From Gemmatimonadota bacterium (GTDB lineage Bacteria > Gemmatimonadota > Gemmatimonadetes > Gemmatimonadales > GWC2-71-9): DNA of 64,000 bases. A model generated the notes under the pieces. That model did no database searches. It was given only the letters and a program-made list of their open reading frames with translations, and had not been told where the DNA came from. Made by a program: the position numbers and the translations under genes. Numbering within the stretch: position 1 is the first letter of the stretch; every line of letters starts with the position of its first letter. Shown here piece by piece: positions 18,710 to 29,280 of the stretch. The stretch spans positions 13,700 to 77,699 of the forward strand of contig JAZDCY010000033.1 of NCBI GenBank assembly GCA_036679645.1, written 5' to 3'.

Positions 18710-19642
18710 TCACTCGTACGCCACCTCAACTGTCATCCCGTCCTTGGCCACGACGGTCTCGGGGAACACCGCTCGCGCCTCATCGAGCAGAGCGTTCGGC
18801 GCAATGGAGAACCGCGCCGAGAGATGAGTGAGCACCAACCGCTTGACACCCGCAGCTAGCGCTACCTGAGCCGCTTCCACAGCGGTCGAGTGTCGGGTTG
18901 CGCGTGCGCGGTCGCGTTCATCATCCGTGAACGTGGCCTCGTGCACGAGGAGATCCGCACCCGTCGCGGCATCCACCAGTTCCTTCGTGGGACGCGTATC
19001 GCCGGACATGGCAACGAGGCGCCCGGGCCGGGACGGCCCGACCAGCTCTTCGGGTCCCGCGGACTTACGAATGGGTGGATCAACCGACGCATCCTCCCAC
19101 TGCACCGTCTCGCCACGGTGCAGCCGACCCCACAGCTGTCCCTCCGGAATTCCCAGGGCGCGCGCCTTCTCGGGGTCGAACCGGCCCAGCCGCTCGTGCT
19201 CTCGCAGGGCATAACCGACCGCATCGCCACCGTGCTCTGCTCGCAGCACCTCGATGGCGTAGTCCTCTCGGTCGAGCGTGTCGCCCGGTGCAATCTCGTG
19301 GATCTCAATTGGGAAGGGAGCGCGCTCAACTCCCAACTCGATGGCGCTGCCGAGCACGCGTTTGGCGCCACGCGGGCCGTACAGATGGAGCGGATCTTCG
19401 CGACCCTGTAGCCCCAACGTGCGCACCAGGCCGATGACACCGAGAAAGTGATCGGCGTGGAAGTGCGTGAAGAACATTTCTCGGAACGTGAATCCCACCC
19501 CGAAGCGCATCATCTGGCGCTGCGTTCCCTCGCCGCAGTCGAACAGCAACATCTCGCCCTCGCGCTGGACGGCGATGGACGAGACCGATCGCTCGACGGT
19601 GGGCCGCGCCGCGGACGTGCCCAGAAAAGTGAGACTCAGCAT
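18710..19642 (-). CDS. rnz: Ribonuclease Z
   Basis: FLGT, DCGEGTQRQ, THFHADH, exosite GIPEG, HEAT, THLSAR. Confidence 0.95.
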   Translation of the reverse strand: MLSLTFLGTSAARPTVERSVSSIAVQREGEMLLFDCGEGTQRQMMRFGVGFTFREMFFTHFHADHFLGVIGLVRTLGLQGREDPLHLYGPRGAKRVLGSAIELGVERAPFPIEIHEIAPGDTLDREDYAIEVLRAEHGGDAVGYALREHERLGRFDPEKARALGIPEGQLWGRLHRGETVQWEDASVDPPIRKSAGPEELVGPSRPGRLVAMSGDTRPTKELVDAATGADLLVHEATFTDDERDRARATRHSTAVEAAQVALAAGVKRLVLTHLSARFSIAPNALLDEARAVFPETVVAKDGMTVEVAYE

Positions 19643-19655
19643 GGGGGGGAATATA

Positions 19656-19738
19656 GAACGTCGAACTCTGAACGCAGAACATCGAACTCTGATTGTCTGG
19701 CGTTCGACGTTCGACGTTCGATGTTTGGCGTTCGGCGT
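19656..19738. repeat. Inverted pair of heptamer arrays (GAACNNN)x5 and (CGTTCGA-like)x5
   Basis: Seen directly; related units at 18683-18711. Confidence 0.8.
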
Positions 19739-19739
19739 G

Positions 19740-20624
19740 CTAGAACACTCTCAGATGAAAGTATCGCGCCGGCCGCTCCCGAATGTCGTCGAGCAGGATA
19801 CGGAGCGAGCGGGCCGTCTCCACCATCTCGACATAGAGCGTCGTATCGTTCACCAGCCGGCCAAGCGTCCCCGAGTCGCTCTCCATACGTACCATCATGC
19901 GCGCCAGTGCTTGCGTGGCCTGACCAAGACCGATCACCATCTCGTTCAGGTTGTCGGTGATCTCGTCGAGCTGCGCCACGGAGCGGGCCAGGTCGGGACT
20001 ACCCAGCGTTGAGTCGAGGCGCCCAGCTACCGACGACAGCCGCTCGAGCGCACGAGCGGCTTCTCGCACTACGGGCCCGCTGCCAAGTTGGGCGATCACG
20101 TTCATCGCCCGGCGCGTAGCGGCCAGCGTCTCGTGGATCTCGTCGGCCGTGCGTTCCGACAGCAACGCACCGGCCCCGGACAGGACGTCTGTCGCCTGGT
20201 TCGCCACCGTCGCCGCCGTTTCCATTATGGCGAGTTCCCGCGTCCCGTCGATGATCTGTCCGTCAGCGAGCGCCTGATCCGACCGGCCCGGGTTGTAGTC
20301 CACATACATCGCGCCGAAGGCGTCCAGCACGCGCACGGCTACTTGGGCGTCCTCCTTGGGCCCCACGCTGGCGTCCACCTCCATGTAGACCACGACGTCG
20401 CCCACACCCTCGAGAACCACGCGTGAGACGCGCCCCTTACGAACGCCCGAGATCGTCACCGGGTCCCCGACCCCGAGACCCGAGATGTCTGCGAAGCGCA
20501 CGCCGAAGGCCTCCCTGTCGCCGAACGACTTCCCCGCGAGAAACGTGAGCCCCCCGAAGACCAGGACGAGTGCGGCGACGACGAGAAGGCCGACGGTGAC
20601 TTCCCGCTTGTAGTGAAGATCCAT
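19740..20624 (-). CDS. mlaD: MlaD/MCE family protein
   Basis: TM anchor; GL.VGDPVTISGV.KG.V. Confidence 0.9.
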   Translation of the reverse strand: MDLHYKREVTVGLLVVAALVLVFGGLTFLAGKSFGDREAFGVRFADISGLGVGDPVTISGVRKGRVSRVVLEGVGDVVVYMEVDASVGPKEDAQVAVRVLDAFGAMYVDYNPGRSDQALADGQIIDGTRELAIMETAATVANQATDVLSGAGALLSERTADEIHETLAATRRAMNVIAQLGSGPVVREAARALERLSSVAGRLDSTLGSPDLARSVAQLDEITDNLNEMVIGLGQATQALARMMVRMESDSGTLGRLVNDTTLYVEMVETARSLRILLDDIRERPARYFHLRVF

Positions 20625-20630
20625 AGGCCG

Positions 20631-21386
20631 CTAGCCCGGCTCGTGGAGGAAGGTCCCGAAATCCCGCTCGAAGAATTCTAACACCGCATCGTCGGTGCTC
20701 GCACGAATCTCTTCCGGCGTTCCCATGGCTCGGATCTGCGCATCCTTCAAGAGCGCAATCCTATCCGCGACGCGGAACGAGCCGCGCACATCGTGACTGA
20801 CGACCACGCTGGTCACGCCAAGGCTGTCTCGCAACTTCGTGACCAGCTTATCGATGATATCTGCATTCACCGGGTCGAGTCCGGAGGTGGGCTCATCGTA
20901 CAAGAGATAGGTCGGCTGGCCGGCAATGGCCCGCGCAATCCCGACCCGCTTCTTCATGCCGCCCGAGAGATCGGCTGGGTACTTCTCCGCCGTCTGGTGC
21001 GGCAGGTTCACGAGGTCGAGGCATTGCGCCACCCGACTCCGACAATACGATCGATCTGCCGCGCACTCCTCGTCGGTGATCCCGAGTTGGACGTTCTCAT
21101 AGACACTCATCGAGTCGAACAGCGCACCGAACTGGAAGACGTACCCTATCCGGGAGCGGAGCATCGACAACGGCTTTCGCTGCAGATGCGGTACACTCAA
21201 CCCGTCGACGTACACCTCACCGGCATCGGGATGGATCAGGCCGTTGATGTGCTTGAGGAGGACGCTCTTCCCGACGCCGGACGGCCCGAGGAGAGCTACC
21301 GTCTCGCCCTGGTTCACGTCGAAGTCCACGCCGTCGAGCACCACCAGCTCGCCGAAACGCTTGTGGACGTCGCTGAGCTTGATCAT
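20631..21386 (-). CDS. mlaF: MlaF-type ABC ATPase
   Basis: GPSGVGKS, LSGGMKKRV, DEPTSGLDP. Confidence 0.92.
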   Translation of the reverse strand: MIKLSDVHKRFGELVVLDGVDFDVNQGETVALLGPSGVGKSVLLKHINGLIHPDAGEVYVDGLSVPHLQRKPLSMLRSRIGYVFQFGALFDSMSVYENVQLGITDEECAADRSYCRSRVAQCLDLVNLPHQTAEKYPADLSGGMKKRVGIARAIAGQPTYLLYDEPTSGLDPVNADIIDKLVTKLRDSLGVTSVVVSHDVRGSFRVADRIALLKDAQIRAMGTPEEIRASTDDAVLEFFERDFGTFLHEPG

Positions 21387-21430
21387 GGGCGGGAAGGCGG
21401 GATGGCGGGATGGCGGGAAGGCAGGATGGC
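21387..21430. repeat. Octamer tandem repeat (GGCGGGA[A/T])
   Basis: About 5 degenerate copies. Confidence 0.8.
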
Positions 21431-21485
21431 ACCCACGGACCCGAGACCCCCATCGTCCCGTCCTCGGTCTGCCGTCGCCGGTTCA

Positions 21486-22280
21486 CTACCCACTGGGCAA
21501 CAAGATTTGCGCGAGTACGGCATCGAGGAAGAGAATCGAGACGGACGCACTTACGACCGCGGCTGTAGTCGCGCGGCCCACTCCCTCCGCCCCCTGCTTG
21601 GTGGTAAACCCGACGTAGCACGGCACGAGGGAGATGGCCAACCCAAAGGCTACCGACTTGACGATCGAGTACCACAGATCCAATGGCCGAAAGAAGTACT
21701 GGGCACCGTAAATGAAGTCCGCGTTCGAAATCTGGAGTATCCCCGTCGCCGCAAACCACCAGCCTGATAGGATCCCGATCAGGTCGGCGAAGATGACGAG
21801 CACCGGCAGCATCAGGGTACCGGCGAGTACCCGAGGAATGATCAGGTGCGAAATGGGAGATCGGCCCAGGCTCTCGAGCGCATCGATCTGTTCCGTGACC
21901 CGCATCGTTCCCAACTCCGCGGCGTAGCGGGCGCCGATACGACCCGCGAGCAACAGCGCGGTGAGCACAGGTCCCAACTCCAGAATGATGGTCTGGACCA
22001 CGAGGCCACCCACGATGTAGACGGGGAGGCTCGCCTCGAATTGATACCCCGTCTGCAGGGCCGTCACCGCACCTGCGAAACCGGCCGTCAGCATGACGAT
22101 GAAGAGCGACCCGAATCCGACGTGATACGCCTGCTCGAAGGTCCGTGGCACCCAGACCCGCCACTCGCCAAGCGAACGGAACATCTCGAGCACTAGGTAA
22201 GAGAGACGCCCAACCTGGCTCATCGCCTTCAGGCTGAAGCGTCCGACGAGTCGCCTGGCGTCCAATGTGACGGTTGGCAT
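21486..22280 (-). CDS. mlaE: MlaE ABC permease
   Basis: ELGPVL, AELGTMRVTEQIDAL, GAEGVG.ATT. Confidence 0.95.
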   Translation of the reverse strand: MPTVTLDARRLVGRFSLKAMSQVGRLSYLVLEMFRSLGEWRVWVPRTFEQAYHVGFGSLFIVMLTAGFAGAVTALQTGYQFEASLPVYIVGGLVVQTIILELGPVLTALLLAGRIGARYAAELGTMRVTEQIDALESLGRSPISHLIIPRVLAGTLMLPVLVIFADLIGILSGWWFAATGILQISNADFIYGAQYFFRPLDLWYSIVKSVAFGLAISLVPCYVGFTTKQGAEGVGRATTAAVVSASVSILFLDAVLAQILLPSG

Positions 22281-22296
22281 GGGCGACTTGGCCTAC

Positions 22297-22758
22297 CTAG
22301 CCGGTGACCGCGAAGAAGAGCGCGGCGGCGACGAGCAACAGCGCCGTACCCGACGCGGCGCGAAGGCGTCCGCGATACAGCCGCGCCGTCGCCGAGGACT
22401 CGGCACCCTCAGACAGCGCGGAGATCCGGGCCAGGCGCTGTGAGGTCGGCAGAGACACGAGGATCTCGATCACGCCGGCCAGGAGCCCCATTCCCTGCAT
22501 CGCCGCGACCGACGGATCGCCCAGCCGTGAGCCGTAGCCCTGGCTCGCGGCCATCATGGTGAGCGCCACGCCGGAGGCAACCGCCGCGATGGCGCCCGGG
22601 CCCACGACCCAGGCGTACACCTTGCCCAGCATCTCGTCAACCGCCGCACGCGCTGCAGGGGACGTTTCGGCCTCGAGCGTGTTCACGAGAACGGCCACGG
22701 CACCGCCTCCCAACCAGAGGCCAATACCAAGCATGTGCAGGAACCTGATGAGGTTCAC
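22297..22758 (-). CDS. Four-TM membrane protein
   Basis: RFLH....LWLGG; four hydrophobic helices; coupled to the upstream gene. Confidence 0.75.
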   Translation of the reverse strand: MNLIRFLHMLGIGLWLGGGAVAVLVNTLEAETSPAARAAVDEMLGKVYAWVVGPGAIAAVASGVALTMMAASQGYGSRLGDPSVAAMQGMGLLAGVIEILVSLPTSQRLARISALSEGAESSATARLYRGRLRAASGTALLLVAAALFFAVTG

Positions 22759-23180
22759 GAGTCGGGCGCCTTAGCCACCACCTCCGGGACGATCGGACGG
22801 CGCGCGGCGAACCCCGCATCGATCTCGTGCCAGTGCAAGACCTCGGTCTCGCCCAGTCTCCAGCACAGGAAGATGTCACGGTCGTCGAGCATGGAGTGAT
22901 AATCGACGAGGCCGTCGTCGAATCCTTTGAGGATACACCCGATCTGCTTCAACTCCTCGATGAACTCGTTGATACGCTGGGCGACTTCATCGACCTCTGT
23001 GCGTAACGCGGCGGCATCTTCGGACTCACCGAGATCCCGTCGATCGCGCGCCGCAACCACCTCGTAGCGACTTAGAGCCCCCTTCCACTCGACATATTCG
23101 TCCACGATGTCCTGGACGATCCGCCGTACCAGCGGGAGCGTCCCGTTCGCTTCCTCGAGCGTGAAGTACCGTGTGTCCAT
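22755..23180 (-). CDS. DUF2203 family protein
   Basis: YFTLEEAN..LP, GLVDY, LCWRLGE, WHE...GFA.R. Confidence 0.9.
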   Translation of the reverse strand: MDTRYFTLEEANGTLPLVRRIVQDIVDEYVEWKGALSRYEVVAARDRRDLGESEDAAALRTEVDEVAQRINEFIEELKQIGCILKGFDDGLVDYHSMLDDRDIFLCWRLGETEVLHWHEIDAGFAARRPIVPEVVAKAPDS

Positions 23181-23188
23181 TCGACGTT

Positions 23189-24337
23189 TCAACCCACCAG
23201 AGTTCGCATGATGCCGGCGACGGCAAAACCGGTGTAGTTCCCAACCGCGTATCCCAGCAAGCCGACCGCAACGCCCGGAACGACACGATCCTGGTATCCC
23301 CGAGCCGTGGCAATGGCCATGGCGGATGCGGGACCGCCGATATTGGCCTGCGACGCGACCGTAAGCGTCGCGAGGTCGATCCGGAGTAGTCGACCGACAC
23401 CGAACAGTAATAGGCCGTGAATGCCTACCACAATCAGCGTGTAGTAGAAGACCGCTGGTCCTACCCGCACAATCTCCCGAATGATCGACTGGGCGCCGAG
23501 GCCCGCCAGAAAAAGATGCAGCAGGTAGTTCCCCCACACGGGGCCGCCGGCCAGACGGCGCACCGGCCCCACCTGGGCAGCGATCAACGCAAATGTCGTA
23601 AGCCACAGGACGGTCGGGACACCCGGCACGTGGCGGCCAATCGCCTCGGCAAAGAAGAGCGCGGCGGTCGCGATGAGGAGCACCGCCGCCGTGTCGAGCA
23701 ACGTTACCGATCGGCCGGTCGCGGTGAACTCGGTGTCAACCGGACTTGATACCGGTGCGGCATCACCCGGCGCCTTGGCTGCGCGCGCATTGCGACCCCA
23801 CACCTGCGCCAACACGACCGGTGCGATGAGCGAAGCGGCCATCCAGAGCGCCGTTGTCACATGATCCGCCGCCACGGCCGCACCGAATATCTCCGCGCTC
23901 GTCTCGAGACCGGCCCCAAGCGCCACGAAGTTGACCCCGCCGCCGATGTACGTACCCGTGTACTGCCCGGCCAGTTTCCACGTCTCGGGACCGACCGCAC
24001 CGTGCAGCAGCAGCCCTCCCGCAATTGCGCCTACGACCGTACCGAAGGCGCCGAGTGCAAAGGCACCGAGCATTGCCGGTCCCGCGCGAATCAGCGTCTT
24101 GACGTCGACCCCCATCAGGATGAGCGCGATCCCGAGGTTCACACCCACACCGCCCAACATATCGTATGCCTCTGAATGAGCGGGTAGGATTCCGACGTTG
24201 GACAGCACCGCGGTGATCACGATTGCCGTGAGTACCGACCCGAGCGATCGCACCACGCGCGAACGCCGCTCGAGGTGAACGGCGGCGTAGACGATCACGG
24301 CAAGGACGAGAAAGACCGCCAGCGGGTCGGCGATCAT
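23189..24337 (-). CDS. DUF819 membrane protein
   Basis: GTYIGGGVNF, ASQANIGGP. Confidence 0.9.
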   Translation of the reverse strand: MIADPLAVFLVLAVIVYAAVHLERRSRVVRSLGSVLTAIVITAVLSNVGILPAHSEAYDMLGGVGVNLGIALILMGVDVKTLIRAGPAMLGAFALGAFGTVVGAIAGGLLLHGAVGPETWKLAGQYTGTYIGGGVNFVALGAGLETSAEIFGAAVAADHVTTALWMAASLIAPVVLAQVWGRNARAAKAPGDAAPVSSPVDTEFTATGRSVTLLDTAAVLLIATAALFFAEAIGRHVPGVPTVLWLTTFALIAAQVGPVRRLAGGPVWGNYLLHLFLAGLGAQSIIREIVRVGPAVFYYTLIVVGIHGLLLFGVGRLLRIDLATLTVASQANIGGPASAMAIATARGYQDRVVPGVAVGLLGYAVGNYTGFAVAGIMRTLVG

Positions 24338-25179
24338 GCAGCGGGACCGGCCCAGGACAGCGCGCGAACGGCCGCGCGATACCCTTCTTCGACGTAGTGG
24401 CCGACACGATCAACAGCGAACGTCGCCTCGGCCTCGATGACGGGCTGCACAACCACCACCCGGGGACCGCCGTTCCGGCTCGCGGCCTCACCGGTCCACC
24501 GCGCAATCTCCCGCTCGATCTGTGCCGCCATCATGATCCGCACCGTGTTCCCATGCGTGCGTACAAGGGGCGGCAGCGCCGCCCTGCGATCGGCAGGCTC
24601 CTCGTAAAGCGATGGTCCGACATTGACCGCGAAGAGTAACTCGGGCTCGAACAGCGCCGCGACATCGAGCGGGAGCACACTGCGGAGTCCGCCATCGACG
24701 TAGAGCCGGTCACCAATCCGGCCTGGCGGGTAGTAGACCGACAGCGCGCAGGACGCATACAGGGCATCGACCAACGGAACCCGCTCGCGCCCGCCGGCCC
24801 CGAACAGCACCAACTGGCCATTCTGGGAATCGACTGCCGTCACTGTGAGGGGGACATCCAATTCGTCGAAGCGTGCGGCGGGAACGAGACGCGCGATGGT
24901 CTCTCGTAGAGGGGCCTCACGCAGAAAACTCTCACTGAAGTACCCCAACACCGCGGCTGATGACATCGCGGCGACATCCGCGCGCCTGATCTGGGTCATG
25001 CGTACGAGCGCCTGCTCATACGACAGGCCGCTTGCCAGGCACGCGGCTACGACGGCACCCATCGAGGTGCCAACGTAGTGCTCGGGAACGAGCGATCGCT
25101 CGGTGAGCGCCTTGACCGCTCCAAGGTGGGCGGCCGTCTTGGCACCTCCACCCGAGAGCGCGCAGACGACGCGCGTCAC
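24334..25179 (-). CDS. Patatin-like phospholipase
   Basis: SGGGAK, GTSMG, DGG. Confidence 0.92.
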   Translation of the reverse strand: MTRVVCALSGGGAKTAAHLGAVKALTERSLVPEHYVGTSMGAVVAACLASGLSYEQALVRMTQIRRADVAAMSSAAVLGYFSESFLREAPLRETIARLVPAARFDELDVPLTVTAVDSQNGQLVLFGAGGRERVPLVDALYASCALSVYYPPGRIGDRLYVDGGLRSVLPLDVAALFEPELLFAVNVGPSLYEEPADRRAALPPLVRTHGNTVRIMMAAQIEREIARWTGEAASRNGGPRVVVVQPVIEAEATFAVDRVGHYVEEGYRAAVRALSWAGPAA

Positions 25180-25619
25180 GAAGGCCTCTCGCGTCCGACG
25201 TCGGCAAGGCGGCGACGACGACGTTCCTGTGCCGCGGTGTGACGGCGTCGCTCCGCTTCCGTCTCCAGCACGAGCCCGCGCACCGGCGACGGTCGGCCGT
25301 TCTCGTCGGTGGCGACGAACGTCACGTAACAACTATTCGTGTGCCGCCGTTTTCCCGTATGCAGGTTCTCGGCTTCGATTCGCACGCCGACTTCCATTGA
25401 CGATCGACCCACGAAGTTGACGCACGCATCGGCAATCACGAGTTCACCCAGATAGATCGGCTCGAGGAAATCGACGCGGTCCATGGATACCGTCACGCAC
25501 GGCTGGCGCGCATGTCGTGTCGCCGCGACCGAAGCGACCTGGTCGATCAACGAGACGATCACGCCACCGAACACATTCCCGAGGTTGTTCGCCATGTGCG
25601 GCATCATCCGCTCGGACAT
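25176..25619 (-). CDS. Acyl-CoA thioesterase (hotdog fold)
   Basis: AN.LGNVFGG, VGRSSMEVGV; start may be slightly upstream. Confidence 0.92.
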   Translation of the reverse strand: MSERMMPHMANNLGNVFGGVIVSLIDQVASVAATRHARQPCVTVSMDRVDFLEPIYLGELVIADACVNFVGRSSMEVGVRIEAENLHTGKRRHTNSCYVTFVATDENGRPSPVRGLVLETEAERRRHTAAQERRRRRLADVGRERPS

Positions 25620-25657
25620 GGTCGCTCGGGTGGCGGAGGGCGGGGCGGGAGGAAGGG

Positions 25658-27436
25658 TCAGTAGTCCACCGGCCTCAGGTAGCTCTCCCCAATAGCCGTA
25701 CTGGACACCATCGCCACCGTCGGGAGACGACGCTTCCAGTGGGTTGAGTCGAGTCGTTGCTTGACGAGATCTACCTCCGCCTGCAAGAACCCGCGCTCCA
25801 CGACCTCGGCGACGCTCATGCCACCCAGCAGCCAGTGGAGGATCATGTCAGCCCTGGCGTAGGAGATACCAAGATCCGCCTCATCGGTCTGACCTTGAAT
25901 GAGGTCCGCCGTGGCCGGCTTCTCGACGATCTGGTCCGAAATGCCGAGGTGCCGGGCCAGAGCCCAGACCTGCGACTTCCACAGATCGCCAAGTGGGTTG
26001 ACCGGCGGGGAGTCGTCGGCGTGCCATGTGAAATAACCAAGCAGTCGCTCGGTCTTGTTCCCGGTACCGAGCGGGAGTGCGTGATGTTTGGCTGAGAGAT
26101 CGAAGAGGGCGATCATCCGCACGCGCGCCATGACATTGCCCCGTCGCGTGGGATCGCCGTCGTCCGGTGTCGAGGCGTAGAACCCGTCAACCGCTTCGGA
26201 GATATCGATCGTGATCGTCTCGATCCCCAACTGGCGCGCCGCGAGCGCGGCATGCTCCAGGCTCTCGGGAGACGATGTCCGGTAGGGCAGTCGTACACCG
26301 ATCACATTCGCCGGACCGAACGCGCGCGCGGCCAGTGCGGCGGTGACCGAACTGTCCACCCCGCCGGACAACGCCACGATGCCGCGCTGGAATCCGCGGC
26401 GCTCGATCACCTCCTCGCGCAGGAACGTCACCAGCCACCGCTCGAGCAGTTCGCCATTGATGGAGAGCGGGTCACCCGGCGGGTCCGGGTCTACCACGAG
26501 ATGGGTGGCGGGCTCAGGCTGGGCCACACTTGGCGACGCCCCGCACGCCGGATCATACGCCGCCGGCTCGCGCCGCCGCTCCGGTGCGCCGCGGATAAGT
26601 ACCGGCAGTGCAGACTGCAGATCGGAGAGCAGCGGCGCGTCCGCCCGCGCGCGTGTGAGCGCCCGCTTGTCGAGTCGCGCACGGACGATGGCCTCCTCGA
26701 ACTCCGGCCCCTCGAGGAGTTGATTGCCGTCGGGTCCCACGAGCGTCGACCTACCCTGGAACCGCTTGCCTCCCTCGAACCCGACGATCTGGACGAGTGC
26801 CGCGTAGACACCGTGCTCGGCTGCGATGACACGCAGGATCCGGTTCCACGTCTCGACGTTGTTGGCTCCCGTACCGATCGGGGCGACGCCGCGCGCCGGC
26901 GACGCGCTGGGGACCAACAAGAGCTGCGCGCCGTCGAGTGCCGCGATCGTGGCCGTGGTCGAGTGCCACAGGTCTTCGCAGATCAGCATCGCGACGCGCC
27001 CCCAACTCGTATCGAACGCCTGAACGCTCCGTCCCGCATCGACGAAGCGTTCCTCGTCAAACAGGCCGTACGTGGGGAGAAACACCTTGCGGTGCACATG
27101 CCGGATCCCGGCGTCACTGCCGCCCAAGGTGGCGTACAGGGCGGAGTTGTGATGGTGGCTCTGGTGCTCCTCGTAGAAACCGACGCATACGTCGAGCGGC
27201 GGCGCGCCCGAGAGGTCGTGCTGTGCGGCCAGGTCGCGGTACAACGTCCCCGCGCTCACCGCCACCTCCCGCACGCCGCCCTCGAGGAAATAACCCGACA
27301 TCACCGACTCACCGAAAACCACGAGACCCGGCGGTTCGTCCCACGCCCCGACCTGCGCGAGCACGTTCGCCACACGGTGGAGGTTCCCGGCGTAGTCGGC
27401 CTTGGCCGGCCGGATCTGGGCCAGCGCAATCAGCAT
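25658..27436 (-). CDS. nadE: Glutamine-dependent NAD+ synthetase
   Basis: Nitrilase domain (E, K, ICED) fused to SGGVDS, GTGNKTE, P.ADL..GQTDE. Confidence 0.95.
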   Translation of the reverse strand: MLIALAQIRPAKADYAGNLHRVANVLAQVGAWDEPPGLVVFGESVMSGYFLEGGVREVAVSAGTLYRDLAAQHDLSGAPPLDVCVGFYEEHQSHHHNSALYATLGGSDAGIRHVHRKVFLPTYGLFDEERFVDAGRSVQAFDTSWGRVAMLICEDLWHSTTATIAALDGAQLLLVPSASPARGVAPIGTGANNVETWNRILRVIAAEHGVYAALVQIVGFEGGKRFQGRSTLVGPDGNQLLEGPEFEEAIVRARLDKRALTRARADAPLLSDLQSALPVLIRGAPERRREPAAYDPACGASPSVAQPEPATHLVVDPDPPGDPLSINGELLERWLVTFLREEVIERRGFQRGIVALSGGVDSSVTAALAARAFGPANVIGVRLPYRTSSPESLEHAALAARQLGIETITIDISEAVDGFYASTPDDGDPTRRGNVMARVRMIALFDLSAKHHALPLGTGNKTERLLGYFTWHADDSPPVNPLGDLWKSQVWALARHLGISDQIVEKPATADLIQGQTDEADLGISYARADMILHWLLGGMSVAEVVERGFLQAEVDLVKQRLDSTHWKRRLPTVAMVSSTAIGESYLRPVDY

Positions 27437-27440
27437 GCTG

Positions 27441-29060
27441 TTACCGCACCCGCCACGTCCAAAGCGTTGCCGCCCATTGATCCGAGCGAATCGTCACGTT
27501 GTCAAACCGTTCGTGTACGCCGGCTATCGTCGTCGGCGTGAACAACCAGACCCCGGGCGCATCTTCGTTGATGACCGTCATCGCCTCACCCCACAGCGCT
27601 TGTGCGCGACCTGCGTCCCACTCGGTCGCCGCCGCTTGGAGCAGGGAATCGAACGCCGCGCTGCGGTACTCGCCGTAGTTGAACCCGCCAATCGCGGCAC
27701 TCGACCAGAGCTCCCGGATCGCCGACGGCGTCACGTCGGTACCCCACATCCCCACCATCGCGTCGAACCGGCCCTGCCCTCCCCGATCGACAAAGGCGTT
27801 GAACTCGACGGGCGTGATGCGTACCTCGATACCGACGGCACGCAACTGCTGCTCCATGATCACCGCCGCCTGCTCGCGCACCTGGCTGGTAGACGAGTAG
27901 ATCAACTCGAACGACAGACGTTCCCCGGCGCGCTCGCGAATGCCGTCACCGTCGGTGTCACGCCATCCGAGATCGCTCAGCACCCGGCGCGCGGCCGCGG
28001 AATCGTACGGCAGTTGCCGGCGGTCGGGGTCCCATATGCTCGTTACGGGCGTCGTGGGTCCACCGGGGACCTGTCCCCACTCGCCAAACACCGCCGCCAC
28101 GATTGCATCGCGATCGATCGCCAGCGACACAGCACGACGCATTGCGCGGTCGGCAAACAGCGGGTTGGGACGTGTCCGGTCTCCCGAGGCACGGAGGTTG
28201 AACCCGAGGTACGCGTAGAGAATTGACCCATACTCGTACAGCCGGATGTGCTCCAGTTCGTGAACCCGCTCGATGTTGTCGCGACCGATTACGGCCTCGA
28301 TGATATCCGCGTCGCCGGCGGCCAGCTGCGCGATCGACGCCGTATAGTCCGGCGTGATACGCCAGATCAGACGCGCAATCCCAGGCGCACCCAGGAAGAA
28401 CGACGAATCGGCCCGCAGCTCGATCGTCGTGTTGGGCTGCCACGCCACGAAACGATACGGGCCGGAGCCGATGGGATTCCGCAGGAACTCGTGCGTGCCG
28501 AGCCGGGCGCGCGGGATCGTGTCGAGCAAGTGCCGCGGCATGATGTACAGGTGATAGACCGCGTCGTAGAACTGTTCCGGGTAGCTGCGGGAGAAATGAA
28601 ACACGACCGTACGCTCGTCCGCCGCGGTGACGCTCTCGATGGCCTCCAACAGTGGCCCCGCCGTTGCCGCAATCGCTGAATCGGTATACAGGTCGTACGT
28701 GAACGCGACATCCGCGGCGGTCACGGCCACGCCGTCGTGCCAGCGGGCGTCCGGATGGATCCGAAACGAAGTCGTCAGTGAATCGTCGAACGTCCACGAC
28801 TCGGCCAGGGCCGGGACGAAGCCATCGTCGCCCACCGTGTTCAGTTCGAGCCCCAGGTCGGCCAGCTTCAGGAAGAGTTGATGCCCCACCGCCTGCCCGA
28901 TATTCGTGCTGCTGAAGAGGGGGACGATGGCATCGGCGTCCGCCCCCGTCGTCACCACCGCAGCGGCGCAGTCGCCCACGCAGGGAGGCGCCGATTCGCA
29001 CGCAGCCAGGCCAAGTGCGGTGGCACCGACGAGTACAGCCAGCTTGATAGGCATGGGCAT
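27441..29060 (-). CDS. Peptide ABC transporter substrate-binding lipoprotein (family 5)
   Basis: LAAC lipobox; LAESW, WHDG..VTA.DV.FT, IGSGPY. Confidence 0.92.
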   Translation of the reverse strand: MPMPIKLAVLVGATALGLAACESAPPCVGDCAAAVVTTGADADAIVPLFSSTNIGQAVGHQLFLKLADLGLELNTVGDDGFVPALAESWTFDDSLTTSFRIHPDARWHDGVAVTAADVAFTYDLYTDSAIAATAGPLLEAIESVTAADERTVVFHFSRSYPEQFYDAVYHLYIMPRHLLDTIPRARLGTHEFLRNPIGSGPYRFVAWQPNTTIELRADSSFFLGAPGIARLIWRITPDYTASIAQLAAGDADIIEAVIGRDNIERVHELEHIRLYEYGSILYAYLGFNLRASGDRTRPNPLFADRAMRRAVSLAIDRDAIVAAVFGEWGQVPGGPTTPVTSIWDPDRRQLPYDSAAARRVLSDLGWRDTDGDGIRERAGERLSFELIYSSTSQVREQAAVIMEQQLRAVGIEVRITPVEFNAFVDRGGQGRFDAMVGMWGTDVTPSAIRELWSSAAIGGFNYGEYRSAAFDSLLQAAATEWDAGRAQALWGEAMTVINEDAPGVWLFTPTTIAGVHERFDNVTIRSDQWAATLWTWRVR

Positions 29061-29196
29061 CTAATGTAAGAGTGCGCCCCACTTTGAGCTAAGTGTATCA
29101 AAACGAGGCAGGCCCGCCGGAGGTCTGAGCATGAACATATCCATGTAATCCGTTGTAAAGCAACCTCTTACGTCGATCTTGCCATCACCCTGACCC

Positions 29197-29211
29197 TGGC
29201 ACCGGCGTTGC
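29197..29211 (+). promoter_or_regulatory. Sigma54 -24/-12 promoter
   Basis: TGGCACCGGCGTTGC matches TGGCAC-N5-TTGC; the operon encodes an enhancer-binding protein. Confidence 0.75.
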
Positions 29212-29280
29212 CCTTACTCCGGGCGGCAGCGGCATCGGGTCGCTCGCCCGCAGCTACGAACTTTGAGGAGGGATACCAAC

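Noticed and set aside
26252..29082. Long alternative-frame ORFs over nadE and the ABC binding protein (and similar ones elsewhere)
   Set aside because: Typical high-GC shadow ORFs overlapping well-supported genes.
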